From: Acholeplasma sp.
GTDB taxonomy: Bacteria; Bacillota_I; Bacilli_A; Acholeplasmatales; UBA5453
Assembly: GCA_036677365.1 (NCBI GenBank)
Contig: JAVBWN010000012.1
Location: forward strand, 32,001 to 96,000
Direction of reading: 5' to 3'
Length of the DNA stretch: 64,000 nucleotides
Part shown: piece after piece, positions 40,367 to 49,710 of the stretch
Layout: every line of letters starts with the position of its first letter
Position numbering within the stretch: the stretch's first letter is position 1
Notes under the pieces: model-generated
Database searches by the model: none
Told to the model about the DNA's origin: nothing
The model's input: the letters and a program-made list of their open reading frames with translations, nothing else
Made by a program: the position numbers and the translations under genes

Positions 40367-41122
40367 ATGGAAAAAGAAAAAATAATAAAGAAACTAATAT
40401 TCAATCAAAACATTGATACAGAAATCAATGATGTTGAGTTTTATTTGAGAGTTAAAGGTGTTGCATTTCATCAAAGAGTAATGACGCATTTAGGTGTTGA
40501 TTTTAATGATTCCAATTCGTATATTGAATGGGTAAAAGTATCAGCATTATTGAGATACGATAAAAAACTGCGAGATAAAATATACATATATCTTGCAACC
40601 CTTGAGGAATACATAAGAGCTTATTTAAGTAACAAGTATGAAAATGAACCAGTTCAACCATTTTGGAAAAACGGGGCAAAGTCTCGCCACAATGTTAAAA
40701 CTAGGATACTAAATGGTGAGAACATTTTTGATGTTCTTCAATCAATTGAGTTTGGTCACTTATTATCACAAGTAGAGAATGTCTCAAAAGATGATATAAA
40801 TGAAATGTTTGATTATCCATACGCAATTCATGATAACTTAGGGGCTGTTAAAGAATTAAGGAATGCGGTTAGTCATCATGTTTTTTTAATGGATTATAAG
40901 TTTATGAATTGTGTTGTTAATGGAATTAATAATAATACATTAGAACATAACATAAAAAACCTAAGACAATTATTACCAAAAGAGTATAGATTTGGGAAAA
41001 ACGGAAATGGTGGGATTACTGCTGATATAGACAACTGTAAATACGAAAAAGCAAATAGTAGTAGAATAACAGAAAAGCTTCTGATGAAACTGGATAGTAG
41101 AGACATCGTAAACATGAATTAA
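40367..41122 (+). CDS. Abi-family (AbiD/AbiF-like) HEPN protein
   Basis: LLRYDKKLR...LEEYIR, EFG, and the Rx4H motif LRNAVSHH. Confidence 0.8.
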   Translation: MEKEKIIKKLIFNQNIDTEINDVEFYLRVKGVAFHQRVMTHLGVDFNDSNSYIEWVKVSALLRYDKKLRDKIYIYLATLEEYIRAYLSNKYENEPVQPFWKNGAKSRHNVKTRILNGENIFDVLQSIEFGHLLSQVENVSKDDINEMFDYPYAIHDNLGAVKELRNAVSHHVFLMDYKFMNCVVNGINNNTLEHNIKNLRQLLPKEYRFGKNGNGGITADIDNCKYEKANSSRITEKLLMKLDSRDIVNMN

Positions 41123-41126
41123 ATAG

Positions 41127-41181
41127 TTTATAAGAGAAGTCTTATCTAGTACCTTATGTGCACTAAATCTTCTCTTATAAA
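41127..41181. other. Long stem-loop after the Abi gene
   Basis: TTTATAAGAGAAG (41127-41139) / CTTCTCTTATAAA (41169-41181) 13-bp stem with inner TAGT/ACTA. Confidence 0.7.
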
Positions 41182-41218
41182 TTTCAATTCATTAGTGTCA
41201 TCGATGTAGAAAAGGTAA

Positions 41219-42718
41219 ATGAACAAGATAAAAGGAGTAGAACAGCGAATGACAATATATGAAACAGCCTTTAATAGTATTACAAGTTTTAGCACCTTTG
41301 GAAAAACACTTAATACCATTGCAATCTTTTCTGACCTACATTTTGACTATTCTAATCGTAAATATAAACCTACTAAAGCTAATGAAAATGAGTCGGACTT
41401 CATTAGAATTTTAAATGAAGAGTATAAGGAATCTCTAGTTTTATTGGCAGGTGATTTCTATGATGATTATCGCAAGACTTTTGCATTTGTAGATCGATTG
41501 GAGCGAGAACAAATATATGGTTTTTTCGTGTTAGGAAATCATGATTATTGGAACAAAGGTAAGTTCTCATATCATGAAATGATTGACCTATATAAATCAC
41601 ATACTGAAAACAATTGCTACTTTAAATTACTTGTCAGTGGAGTTCCTTATAAAATTAACGATATTCTGTTTATTGGTGATACAGGATGGACAAGTTTTGA
41701 TAATGGCAAAGGATTAATTGATTTGAGCAAAAAGTTCATTGATTTACCAGAAGAAAATCAGATAAAAGATTTTACCTATTCGCAGGTTCTTGATAATCAT
41801 TGTAAATGGATTGATTATGCAAATTCCATATTAGAATCAAGTAGCAGAGTTATAGTTTTGACGCATTTTCCAATGTTTGGTATATCCTTAAAAAAGAAAT
41901 CGGATTTGTGGTGGAGTTCAAAAACAAGAATTCTAGAAACAAAAAATTGTTGGAAAATTCATGGTCATACACATAAAAATTATCAAGAATACAATTGTTT
42001 ATCTTATCAAAGAGGATATGAGGATCAATTGGATAAACTATATTTTTTTAATGAAATGACGAGTTATGATTACTTTCAGTGTTCAATTGGAAAACTTATT
42101 AAACTGTCTGATAGTAAAGAGCTAGTGGATTCAAAAAAATACTTGATGGGTAAGTATTATAATAGTCAACAATTATCATCTACGAATGAGGTAGAGATTA
42201 TCAATGTTAAGAAAAGAGGGTATATTAGAAGTGCAGCAAATAAGAATGTTTTTGTCGAATTATCAGCAAACCCTAAACGATTTATAAACAAAGTAGAATC
42301 AGTGCTCAAAGGTTATCTTAATAATGTTTATATTGGTTATACACCTTACAAAGGATTAACTAGTGATGAGATTACATCTATTGAAAATTCCCTATTTATA
42401 CTTAAAAAGAGTGATTTTTCTGATATAAGAGAATACATGACAGCAGCTGTAATTGCTGGTTATGTATGGAACGGTATGCCTGACGGTATATCTTATATGC
42501 GTCCCCTAGACGATTATGACATCATTAGGTTTTATTTAATGTTTCTTACCATTAAAAAATTTGGTCTAACAATGAGTGATGTTAATAGTGTAAGGAAAAA
42601 CCCAAAACATTCAATTAAAGTAGGTAATGTAGATGTTTATATACCAATGGTAAATAACTATACATTAGATCCAGAAGAAGTACAAATCGAGTTACGAAGA
42701 ACAATGTTGTTGAGCTGA
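41219..42718 (+). CDS. N-terminal calcineurin-like metallophosphoesterase with unassigned C-terminal domain
   Basis: SDLH, AGDF, GNHDY, THFP, HGHTH; alternative start at 41249. Confidence 0.85.
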   Translation: MNKIKGVEQRMTIYETAFNSITSFSTFGKTLNTIAIFSDLHFDYSNRKYKPTKANENESDFIRILNEEYKESLVLLAGDFYDDYRKTFAFVDRLEREQIYGFFVLGNHDYWNKGKFSYHEMIDLYKSHTENNCYFKLLVSGVPYKINDILFIGDTGWTSFDNGKGLIDLSKKFIDLPEENQIKDFTYSQVLDNHCKWIDYANSILESSSRVIVLTHFPMFGISLKKKSDLWWSSKTRILETKNCWKIHGHTHKNYQEYNCLSYQRGYEDQLDKLYFFNEMTSYDYFQCSIGKLIKLSDSKELVDSKKYLMGKYYNSQQLSSTNEVEIINVKKRGYIRSAANKNVFVELSANPKRFINKVESVLKGYLNNVYIGYTPYKGLTSDEITSIENSLFILKKSDFSDIREYMTAAVIAGYVWNGMPDGISYMRPLDDYDIIRFYLMFLTIKKFGLTMSDVNSVRKNPKHSIKVGNVDVYIPMVNNYTLDPEEVQIELRRTMLLS

Positions 42719-42982
42719 TATACTTAGGATTCACTTCTTGTAACTGAATAATTAGTTGCTGGATGGATATTGTTTTAGTTCAATAAAGCAGGCATGATAT
42801 GTGAGAAATTTCTGTTTTGAGTAATACATTTTTTATGTCTTTTGTTAATTAATTAAATTAGGGTTCTATCCATTCATTAAATTATAACAATTTATGAAAT
42901 GGTTGTTAATAGCATTTTGAAAATGTATTAAAAAAGTTGGTTATGAAGTGCTATTGACGCCCTCATCTTGTAGGTGCTTTGA

Positions 42983-43348
42983 TTATTTATCCCACCAATC
43001 ATCTATACGAAGACCAGTTAAGTTTTGATACTGTTTTGTTAATTCAAAACCCAATAGGTCAAAAAACTTTAGTTCGGTAAGAGAAAAAAGTGATCCAATT
43101 CTTTCAATTTGTAAACTGCACAGGTGAATGACGATGATATTAGGGCTGTGATTTTCGATATACTGAATTGTCAAAGTACATCCATCAAGTGCAAAAACTA
43201 GACTATTTTTTTCAAGTTTTTGATGGTTTCCTTGAATATCTCTTTTCTCATCCTCTTCATTTCCTTTATTAGGTAATATCTCAGTGTAAACATTTGGAAT
43301 ATAGAACGACACAATCGTTCCTACTAATTCTTTTAGGTTATTTTGCAT
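42983..43348 (-). CDS. Hypothetical protein
   Basis: 121-aa ORF with AAGGAG upstream; the only credible minus-strand gene in the island. Confidence 0.55.
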   Translation of the reverse strand: MQNNLKELVGTIVSFYIPNVYTEILPNKGNEEDEKRDIQGNHQKLEKNSLVFALDGCTLTIQYIENHSPNIIVIHLCSLQIERIGSLFSLTELKFFDLLGFELTKQYQNLTGLRIDDWWDK

Positions 43349-43437
43349 GGTAAATTCATCTCCTTATATGTATTGTAACAGAAGATTTATCACTTTGTTT
43401 AAATATTTGATAGAATATACTTAATGAGGTATGAGAC

Positions 43438-43938
43438 ATGCAATTAGAAAAATTTAAACATTATCTATCAAAAACTAATTTGAAGATTGTAAAACAAGAA
43501 CATTCTAATACTAAAATGAAGCTAGAGCATGAGAATGAATTGTTGGGCTTTATAACTATTGAAACCATGGATAAATATTTAAGAAAAAACTCGAAACAGT
43601 TTGAAGACTTTCAGACTATATTTCTTAGATTAGTTGGTCCTGAAAGAACGAATGCAGATATTTGGAAGAACATTAATGTCGACGCGAACTATCATAACAA
43701 GTTAATAAGTAAAAATGAACGCCCGTCAAGAGACAAGGTGTTACAGATCATTATTGGCTTAAGATGTAATTTACAAGAAGCTGAGAAATTACTCGCCTCT
43801 GTTGGATATTCATTTAACAATTCCTTTAAGGATTTAATCATAAAAGCACACATAGAAAGTAACGATTATGATATTTTTAGCATCAATGAGCTATTGAAAT
43901 ACTACAAAGAAAAACCACTATTTTCAGATGAAGCATAA
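43438..43938 (+). CDS. XRE-like HTH transcriptional regulator
   Basis: NADIWK...YHNKLIS...PSRDKVLQIIIGL...EAEKLLASVGY...DLII pattern. Confidence 0.65.
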   Translation: MQLEKFKHYLSKTNLKIVKQEHSNTKMKLEHENELLGFITIETMDKYLRKNSKQFEDFQTIFLRLVGPERTNADIWKNINVDANYHNKLISKNERPSRDKVLQIIIGLRCNLQEAEKLLASVGYSFNNSFKDLIIKAHIESNDYDIFSINELLKYYKEKPLFSDEA

Positions 43939-43956
43939 TAGACAAAAAAGTCAAGT

Positions 43957-43987
43957 AGACGCGAGGATGTATCTTGCGTTTTTTTTT
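43957..43987 (+). terminator. Intrinsic terminator
   Basis: GACGCGAG / CTTGCGTT stem followed by a long T-run. Confidence 0.75.
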
Positions 43988-44094
43988 GGTTTATAATAAC
44001 TATGTGTCAAACTTAAAACATTAAAATGACATAGGGTATTTAACGATTGAAACACATCTATAGATTTTTCAGGTCACTAATCATTGGAGGGAAT

Positions 44095-44427
44095 ATGATG
44101 TACAAGCATTTTATTATTAGAGAGTATTTATATCCTGAAGAGGTCTATAACCCTCAAATTTTGAATCAACAAATCTGTGTCAATTTTGATTATGAAGAAG
44201 AAATGGAGGAATCATTTGAACTAATTAAACAAAATTCTATATACATTCAAGGTGAAAAAATGAACAATAAAAGTTGTATAAGATCATCAACTATTAAAGT
44301 GATATTCTATGTTACAACCGATGCACTTGCGTTAGAGCTTGCCACACGTTGGATAAACGAGTCAAAACAAAAAAATAAAGGTTACAAAATCATCGGTATT
44401 GACCGATACTATTCTGCCTTAGAATAA
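44095..44427 (+). CDS. Hypothetical protein
   Basis: GGAGG precedes ATG 44095/44098. Confidence 0.65.
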   Translation: MMYKHFIIREYLYPEEVYNPQILNQQICVNFDYEEEMEESFELIKQNSIYIQGEKMNNKSCIRSSTIKVIFYVTTDALALELATRWINESKQKNKGYKIIGIDRYYSALE

Positions 44428-44437
44428 AGGAGAAAAA

Positions 44438-44755
44438 ATGATAAGAATTAAAAAACTGGATGAACTAAGTATTGATTTAGTGGCAGATATTTATCCAAAA
44501 CTAAGAGAATTCTTTGATCAAATAACCTTTGATAACTATGATCAATACATCATGGGGTATGAGTATGGCCCTTATCTTTTATATGAATCTTTCAATTTTA
44601 TGCCGAGTTCAGATGAACAGGATGATCAAATCATTGAATTTGAACAACGTAAACTATTCTTATTCTTGAATGGTGTCTTACTGTATCATATTCAATCCAT
44701 GGATCGAATAATTTTAATATGCGATGCTTATGACATCGAACATAAATTCAAATAA
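44438..44755 (+). CDS. Hypothetical protein
   Basis: AAGGAG RBS; acidic 105-aa ORF. Confidence 0.65.
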   Translation: MIRIKKLDELSIDLVADIYPKLREFFDQITFDNYDQYIMGYEYGPYLLYESFNFMPSSDEQDDQIIEFEQRKLFLFLNGVLLYHIQSMDRIILICDAYDIEHKFK

Positions 44756-44803
44756 TTAGTGAAATCATAAACAGAAGTATATAGACATTTTGGAGGAAAA
44801 ATA

Positions 44804-46714
44804 ATGAAGTTCATCGATTTAAAATTTGAAGAAAATGAGACTAAAAATGCATTTATTGTTACGCGGTGTTTATCAGAAAACAAGTGCATCTATATCCCTG
44901 ATGAAATTGCTGGAAAGCCTGTTATTGGTTTTTCAAGCACCTTTAAACTAAATGATTACAACAAGGTTATAGTACTTGGGAAACATATGGATAGTATCTC
45001 TGATGACATTCTAAATGAAGGTAATGAACTCACGGTTTATTCATATAATGATTTAAAGGATAATAGCCACACTGAAGACATCACAATTAGAGCTAATCTA
45101 GAATCTATATATGAAGATATGGATGTGATTTTTGGACTTTTTGGTGATAAAACAGCATATGTGATAGACAATCAAATAGTGGATTCGATGAAGATTGGTT
45201 TTGGTACTTGGGGTAGATTAATTGTTATACCAACCATGATTAATGATGAGTATAAAGTTGTTGGTATCGGAAATCATGCATTCTCAAATGCCATAAATTT
45301 AAAGAAGATTCTCTTGCCAGAAACCATAAAATGGATAGGAAAATTTGCATTCGAAAACTGTTATAAATTAGAAGATATCGCCTTGAATAGCGATATTCTA
45401 TGTATAGATGATTTCTCATTTAGCAGGTGTCATCATTTAGGTCGAGTTGAAATTAATGGTAACGTCGAGTATATGGGCAAAAACATTCTAAATGATTCAT
45501 TCAGATCATATTTACTATTTAATCAACTCGATACTGGCAACTTCAACAATAATTGGAATTTACAAAATAGACCAGTATATTATGGTTTTGTGGAGTTACT
45601 TTCAAGAAATGAACTGATTTATGCACTATTTAATGATTTTACTGCTGTTATAATAAGTAACCAATTAAGCAAACACACATTTCTAGAACTTCCTGAAAGA
45701 GTGGTATACATGAATCAAGAATATTTAGTCAAAGAAATAGCCCCATATGCATTTTACAAGTGTGTTAATCTGTTTCAAATTGAAATCCCATTCTCAATAA
45801 GCAAAATACATGCATATGCATTTTCAGGGACTTTATTGAGGGAAGTCACACTCCCACACCACATGGAATACATTGGAGAAGGCATTTTTGCCAATTCTAT
45901 ATTATTGGAATCTATTGTCATGCCTATAAATATAGAATTTATCCCTAAAAATTTCTCGAATAACTGTCAAAGTCTACATTCAGTAACCTTACCAGATAAT
46001 GTGAAAGTCATCTGTGAATCAGCATTTCAAGGGTGTTCGAAATTGACAAACATGAGTTTACCCAGTTCATTAGAAGTATTAGAATCCATGTGTCTATATG
46101 ATACAGATCTACCACTAATTATTTTAGGTCAAAATGTAAAAAAAGTAGAAGATCTCGCATTAGCTTGTAATAATACATTGGAGTCGATAGTATTTATGAA
46201 TTCGAATTGTATTATCGGTGAAAATTCATTATCATCAGACCGGTTAATCAAAATATATATCGCGGGTCCTGAAGAGAATCATTTAGCTTTGGTTTTACAT
46301 AGAACTTATGGCAAAAAAATCAATATTTTTACTGAAGTTGAAAAAACCATTGTTGATCATGGAATTATATATCTATTAAATGAATTTGGTGCTGCGATAG
46401 TTATTGGTCATCAGGATGAATCGCTAAATGAAAACGCCGTTATAAAAGCTCAGATTGAAGGTAATAATACTATTAAAGTGGATAGAAAAGCATTCTATAA
46501 TTCTAGACGTCTGAAAAATCTCTATATTCCTGATGGTGTAACTGAACTCAATCCTTATTTCATTCAAAATTGTTATAATCTCCAAAAGGTCTCCATTCCA
46601 GACAGTTTTAAGCATACATTAGCAAGTTGGTATCCGGGATCTCATCAAGTAAAAATTGAGATTAGATCTAAAAAAGTAACAAACGACAATAAAGAAATTG
46701 AGGTAGTATCATGA
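44804..46714 (+). CDS. BspA-like (LRR_5) leucine-rich repeat protein without signal peptide
   Basis: Repeats such as IGNHAFSNAINLKKILLPETIKWIGKFAFENCYKL. Confidence 0.9.
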   Translation: MKFIDLKFEENETKNAFIVTRCLSENKCIYIPDEIAGKPVIGFSSTFKLNDYNKVIVLGKHMDSISDDILNEGNELTVYSYNDLKDNSHTEDITIRANLESIYEDMDVIFGLFGDKTAYVIDNQIVDSMKIGFGTWGRLIVIPTMINDEYKVVGIGNHAFSNAINLKKILLPETIKWIGKFAFENCYKLEDIALNSDILCIDDFSFSRCHHLGRVEINGNVEYMGKNILNDSFRSYLLFNQLDTGNFNNNWNLQNRPVYYGFVELLSRNELIYALFNDFTAVIISNQLSKHTFLELPERVVYMNQEYLVKEIAPYAFYKCVNLFQIEIPFSISKIHAYAFSGTLLREVTLPHHMEYIGEGIFANSILLESIVMPINIEFIPKNFSNNCQSLHSVTLPDNVKVICESAFQGCSKLTNMSLPSSLEVLESMCLYDTDLPLIILGQNVKKVEDLALACNNTLESIVFMNSNCIIGENSLSSDRLIKIYIAGPEENHLALVLHRTYGKKINIFTEVEKTIVDHGIIYLLNEFGAAIVIGHQDESLNENAVIKAQIEGNNTIKVDRKAFYNSRRLKNLYIPDGVTELNPYFIQNCYNLQKVSIPDSFKHTLASWYPGSHQVKIEIRSKKVTNDNKEIEVVS

Positions 46715-47187
46715 AAAAATCGATTTATACAAAAAATGCCTTAGCTTATGAAATAGTGATTGAAGAGTTAAAGACAATATTTAAAAAATATGATGATGAC
46801 TTGATTAAAAAAATTATCGAAAATTCGATTATTCAGACATTAAGGAAGAAATCTGAATATGAAGTACCAAAATATATATCAGTTTTAGCACATGATAGTT
46901 TAGCAGCCTCTAAATATCAAATTTCACGTCATGGTCATGTTCATGAAATCAACAATCTTATCGAACCTATAATATTGGATCATTGTAATCCAATTACTGA
47001 TTTAGTTAGAAAATACCTTAATAATACCTTGGATTCAAAACAGTTGATTGAGCAGAATTTTACAGCCGTTCTGTTAAGAACCGAAGATAAAAAACTATCC
47101 AAAAATAAGTACAAAAGCAAACGATCTATGGGGTGGGAAAAAGCTTATGAGGATTGTGGAATTAAGATTAAACCATACAATCATTAA
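46711..47187 (+). CDS. Hypothetical protein, possible HNH-like nuclease
   Basis: ILDHCNP...LLRTEDKKL...YEDCGI; ATGA overlap with the LRR gene. Confidence 0.55.
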   Translation: MKKSIYTKNALAYEIVIEELKTIFKKYDDDLIKKIIENSIIQTLRKKSEYEVPKYISVLAHDSLAASKYQISRHGHVHEINNLIEPIILDHCNPITDLVRKYLNNTLDSKQLIEQNFTAVLLRTEDKKLSKNKYKSKRSMGWEKAYEDCGIKIKPYNH

Positions 47188-47255
47188 ATATATACATTGA
47201 AAAGAAAACCCAAGTCGAGAATTAGAAATTAAGAATAATCGAAAGAATCAAATAC

Positions 47256-47288
47256 AGCCTTTAATCTACAAGATAAAGGCTTATTTTG
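47256..47288 (+). terminator. Probable intrinsic terminator
   Basis: AGCCTTT..ATCT / AGAT.AAAGGCT followed by TATTTT. Confidence 0.6.
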
Positions 47289-47443
47289 TGTTACATAGTA
47301 CCATTTATTTAGAAAATGACGTACGTTATTTAAAACTTTAAATCGAAAGACTCTTTTTCAATCATAAAAGGTTATTTTAAATACTATTACATATGGGAAC
47401 CTGTAGGTTTCTAAAATTTCTTGGAAAATGGAGGGTTACATTT

Positions 47444-47983
47444 ATGTACAGTTTGAAAGAGATTCTCGAGTGGTTAAACACTAGAAAAATGAAGGTAAAT
47501 CATTTATTTGGAGAAGAGATTTCGAATCATTCAAATCTCACAGATTTATCATTAATTATGATGCCTAGCGTCAGCAAATCACCTAAAGTTCATGACTTTA
47601 AAGGCATCATATTTCCACCTGATTTGATTGATAAAGAAGAATCGATGCTCAATGCTTTGATAACCATGGATGAAGAAGCATTGTGTTTTGTAGTCTTGAT
47701 AGGTAAAGATGCGTTCAATGCTTTCAATTCAATTGAAAACATGTTAGAAGGGTATTTATATTTTAATCAGGCGTTTCCAATCATCAAAAAAGACAATCAT
47801 GTGCATTTCTTTGTGAGAGATATGTACCACACAAGAAAAGCAATTCAAACTATATCGAATATGGAGATAAAAGTTGTGGTTTTTCGTAATTTCAATGTGG
47901 ATTATTACTCGATGGGTCAAGTAACAAAAATCATTCATCCATCGCTATTCGTTGAATACTATCCATTGGTTTATTCAAAATGA
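47444..47983 (+). CDS. Hypothetical protein
   Basis: GGAGG precedes ATG 47444. Confidence 0.65.
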   Translation: MYSLKEILEWLNTRKMKVNHLFGEEISNHSNLTDLSLIMMPSVSKSPKVHDFKGIIFPPDLIDKEESMLNALITMDEEALCFVVLIGKDAFNAFNSIENMLEGYLYFNQAFPIIKKDNHVHFFVRDMYHTRKAIQTISNMEIKVVVFRNFNVDYYSMGQVTKIIHPSLFVEYYPLVYSK

Positions 47984-48106
47984 CATACTAGAACTCAAAT
48001 AACTCCCAAGTCAATCATGAAATATTAGACTACCTATGAATCTTGATCATAGAAGTCATCAACGAATACTATTATATATACCAGAGAAGCTTTTTTAGGA
48101 GGAGAA

Positions 48107-48910
48107 ATGAAACCCAACATTTTAAAGTTGTATCGATTGTTATGTGATTCAAGAGTGTCTTTAAAGATAGGTAGCCAAGAGATACCAATAAAAGATGCGC
48201 CTCCAGAGTATCAAACATTGTTTCTATCACCACTTATTGATTTATCTCATATTCATTATTTAGAACAATCAAAACCTGACATCAATCGAATGATAAAGAT
48301 ATTTCAGATACTTACCACAATCCAATCAAACGAATTGTTTAGGATATGTATCTTGGGTGATTTTATAGACAATCAAGCATTACAATCATTTCATCCATAT
48401 GAAGATGAACACATCCAAACTATCCGATTGAAAAATGTCACCTACTTTTCACTCAAAAGAATCGAATTAGAAAAGTTCATGGATAAGTATTGGGATAAAA
48501 AGGATGACATCCTAATCTTATCACCAAGAGCATGTGGTGTTATTATCCCTGAAATGTCTTCTCATAATCAATATAAGATATTCTTATCGACAGAATCCTA
48601 TTACACTTTATGCACCCATTTGCCTGATAACCTTGATTATTTAGGTATGAATCTCATGAATTCAACCAGGGGATCACTCCAGTTTACACCGAGTGAATAT
48701 GACATCTTTAGAGCTATAAAAGCTTACAATTTCAAGGACTTAGATTTGAACATTAAGCTACTTGTGAACTTTGAAAAGCCTTTTGTTCAAAATATGGTAA
48801 CCAATATGTTGGCATGTAACAATATGCATAAAGCACAGTATTTAATTATCCAAGTATTAAAACAATTGAAAAATACAACCTTGGAATCATTGATAGGAGA
48901 TGATAAATGA
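48107..48910 (+). CDS. Hypothetical protein
   Basis: AGGAGG RBS; 267 aa. Confidence 0.7.
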   Translation: MKPNILKLYRLLCDSRVSLKIGSQEIPIKDAPPEYQTLFLSPLIDLSHIHYLEQSKPDINRMIKIFQILTTIQSNELFRICILGDFIDNQALQSFHPYEDEHIQTIRLKNVTYFSLKRIELEKFMDKYWDKKDDILILSPRACGVIIPEMSSHNQYKIFLSTESYYTLCTHLPDNLDYLGMNLMNSTRGSLQFTPSEYDIFRAIKAYNFKDLDLNIKLLVNFEKPFVQNMVTNMLACNNMHKAQYLIIQVLKQLKNTTLESLIGDDK

Positions 48911-48985
48911 TTCTTGGATGAGTTAACCACGCTTAGGGTATAACGTAGTAAGAAACGATTGTAAAAAACAAACGGAGGGAACAAC

Positions 48986-49618
48986 ATGACATTCAAAAAG
49001 AACCAAGTATTTGAAAGAACCACCATCGAGGAACTATCACAACTTTGTTATTCGATTAGACTTCAACACGTTCATGTATTTGTTATCAAAGGACAAAACA
49101 AAGAACAATTATACGAATACATTAAAGAAATGGGATATGTGTTTGAGAATAATTTGATTAAAACCCTTCATAATGACAATATCATTTTCTCAACTCAATA
49201 TGACGATATTAGTTCAGTAATTTTTTCATTAGATGTTAAAAACGTCATTATAGAAGAAGTATTAGCGGCTAATGATGAAGATGGCAGCTATTTCATGACA
49301 GTGGTTGAAAGACTAAAACTATTATCTCAACATAATGATGATACAGATGTCCTCTTAGCAGCAATCATCGCAGAGAGCGAATTGGGTAAACTCATGTATG
49401 ACTTTGAATACGAAAGACTTTATGGTCATTTTAATGAGAAATTCATTCAAACCATGATGAATCACATTATAGACATCAGTGAAGTGAATGATATCGATTT
49501 GTTAAATAAAACTATTCTAGAAGCAGTATTAAATCTAGAGTTCTATATTTTTGATGATAGATTTGAATCGATAGTAACCCAAGATTATCTAGTGAAAAAA
49601 CTAGGTTTTATCAAATAA
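48986..49618 (+). CDS. Hypothetical protein
   Basis: GGAGG RBS; 210 aa, acidic. Confidence 0.7.
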   Translation: MTFKKNQVFERTTIEELSQLCYSIRLQHVHVFVIKGQNKEQLYEYIKEMGYVFENNLIKTLHNDNIIFSTQYDDISSVIFSLDVKNVIIEEVLAANDEDGSYFMTVVERLKLLSQHNDDTDVLLAAIIAESELGKLMYDFEYERLYGHFNEKFIQTMMNHIIDISEVNDIDLLNKTILEAVLNLEFYIFDDRFESIVTQDYLVKKLGFIK

Positions 49619-49710
49619 ACGATTTACTTATATAATTAGTATCAAAAATAACACAACTTTAGTAATCAAGTATGATAATATGAACTTAAGTCGTAATTGT
49701 GGAGGAACCA

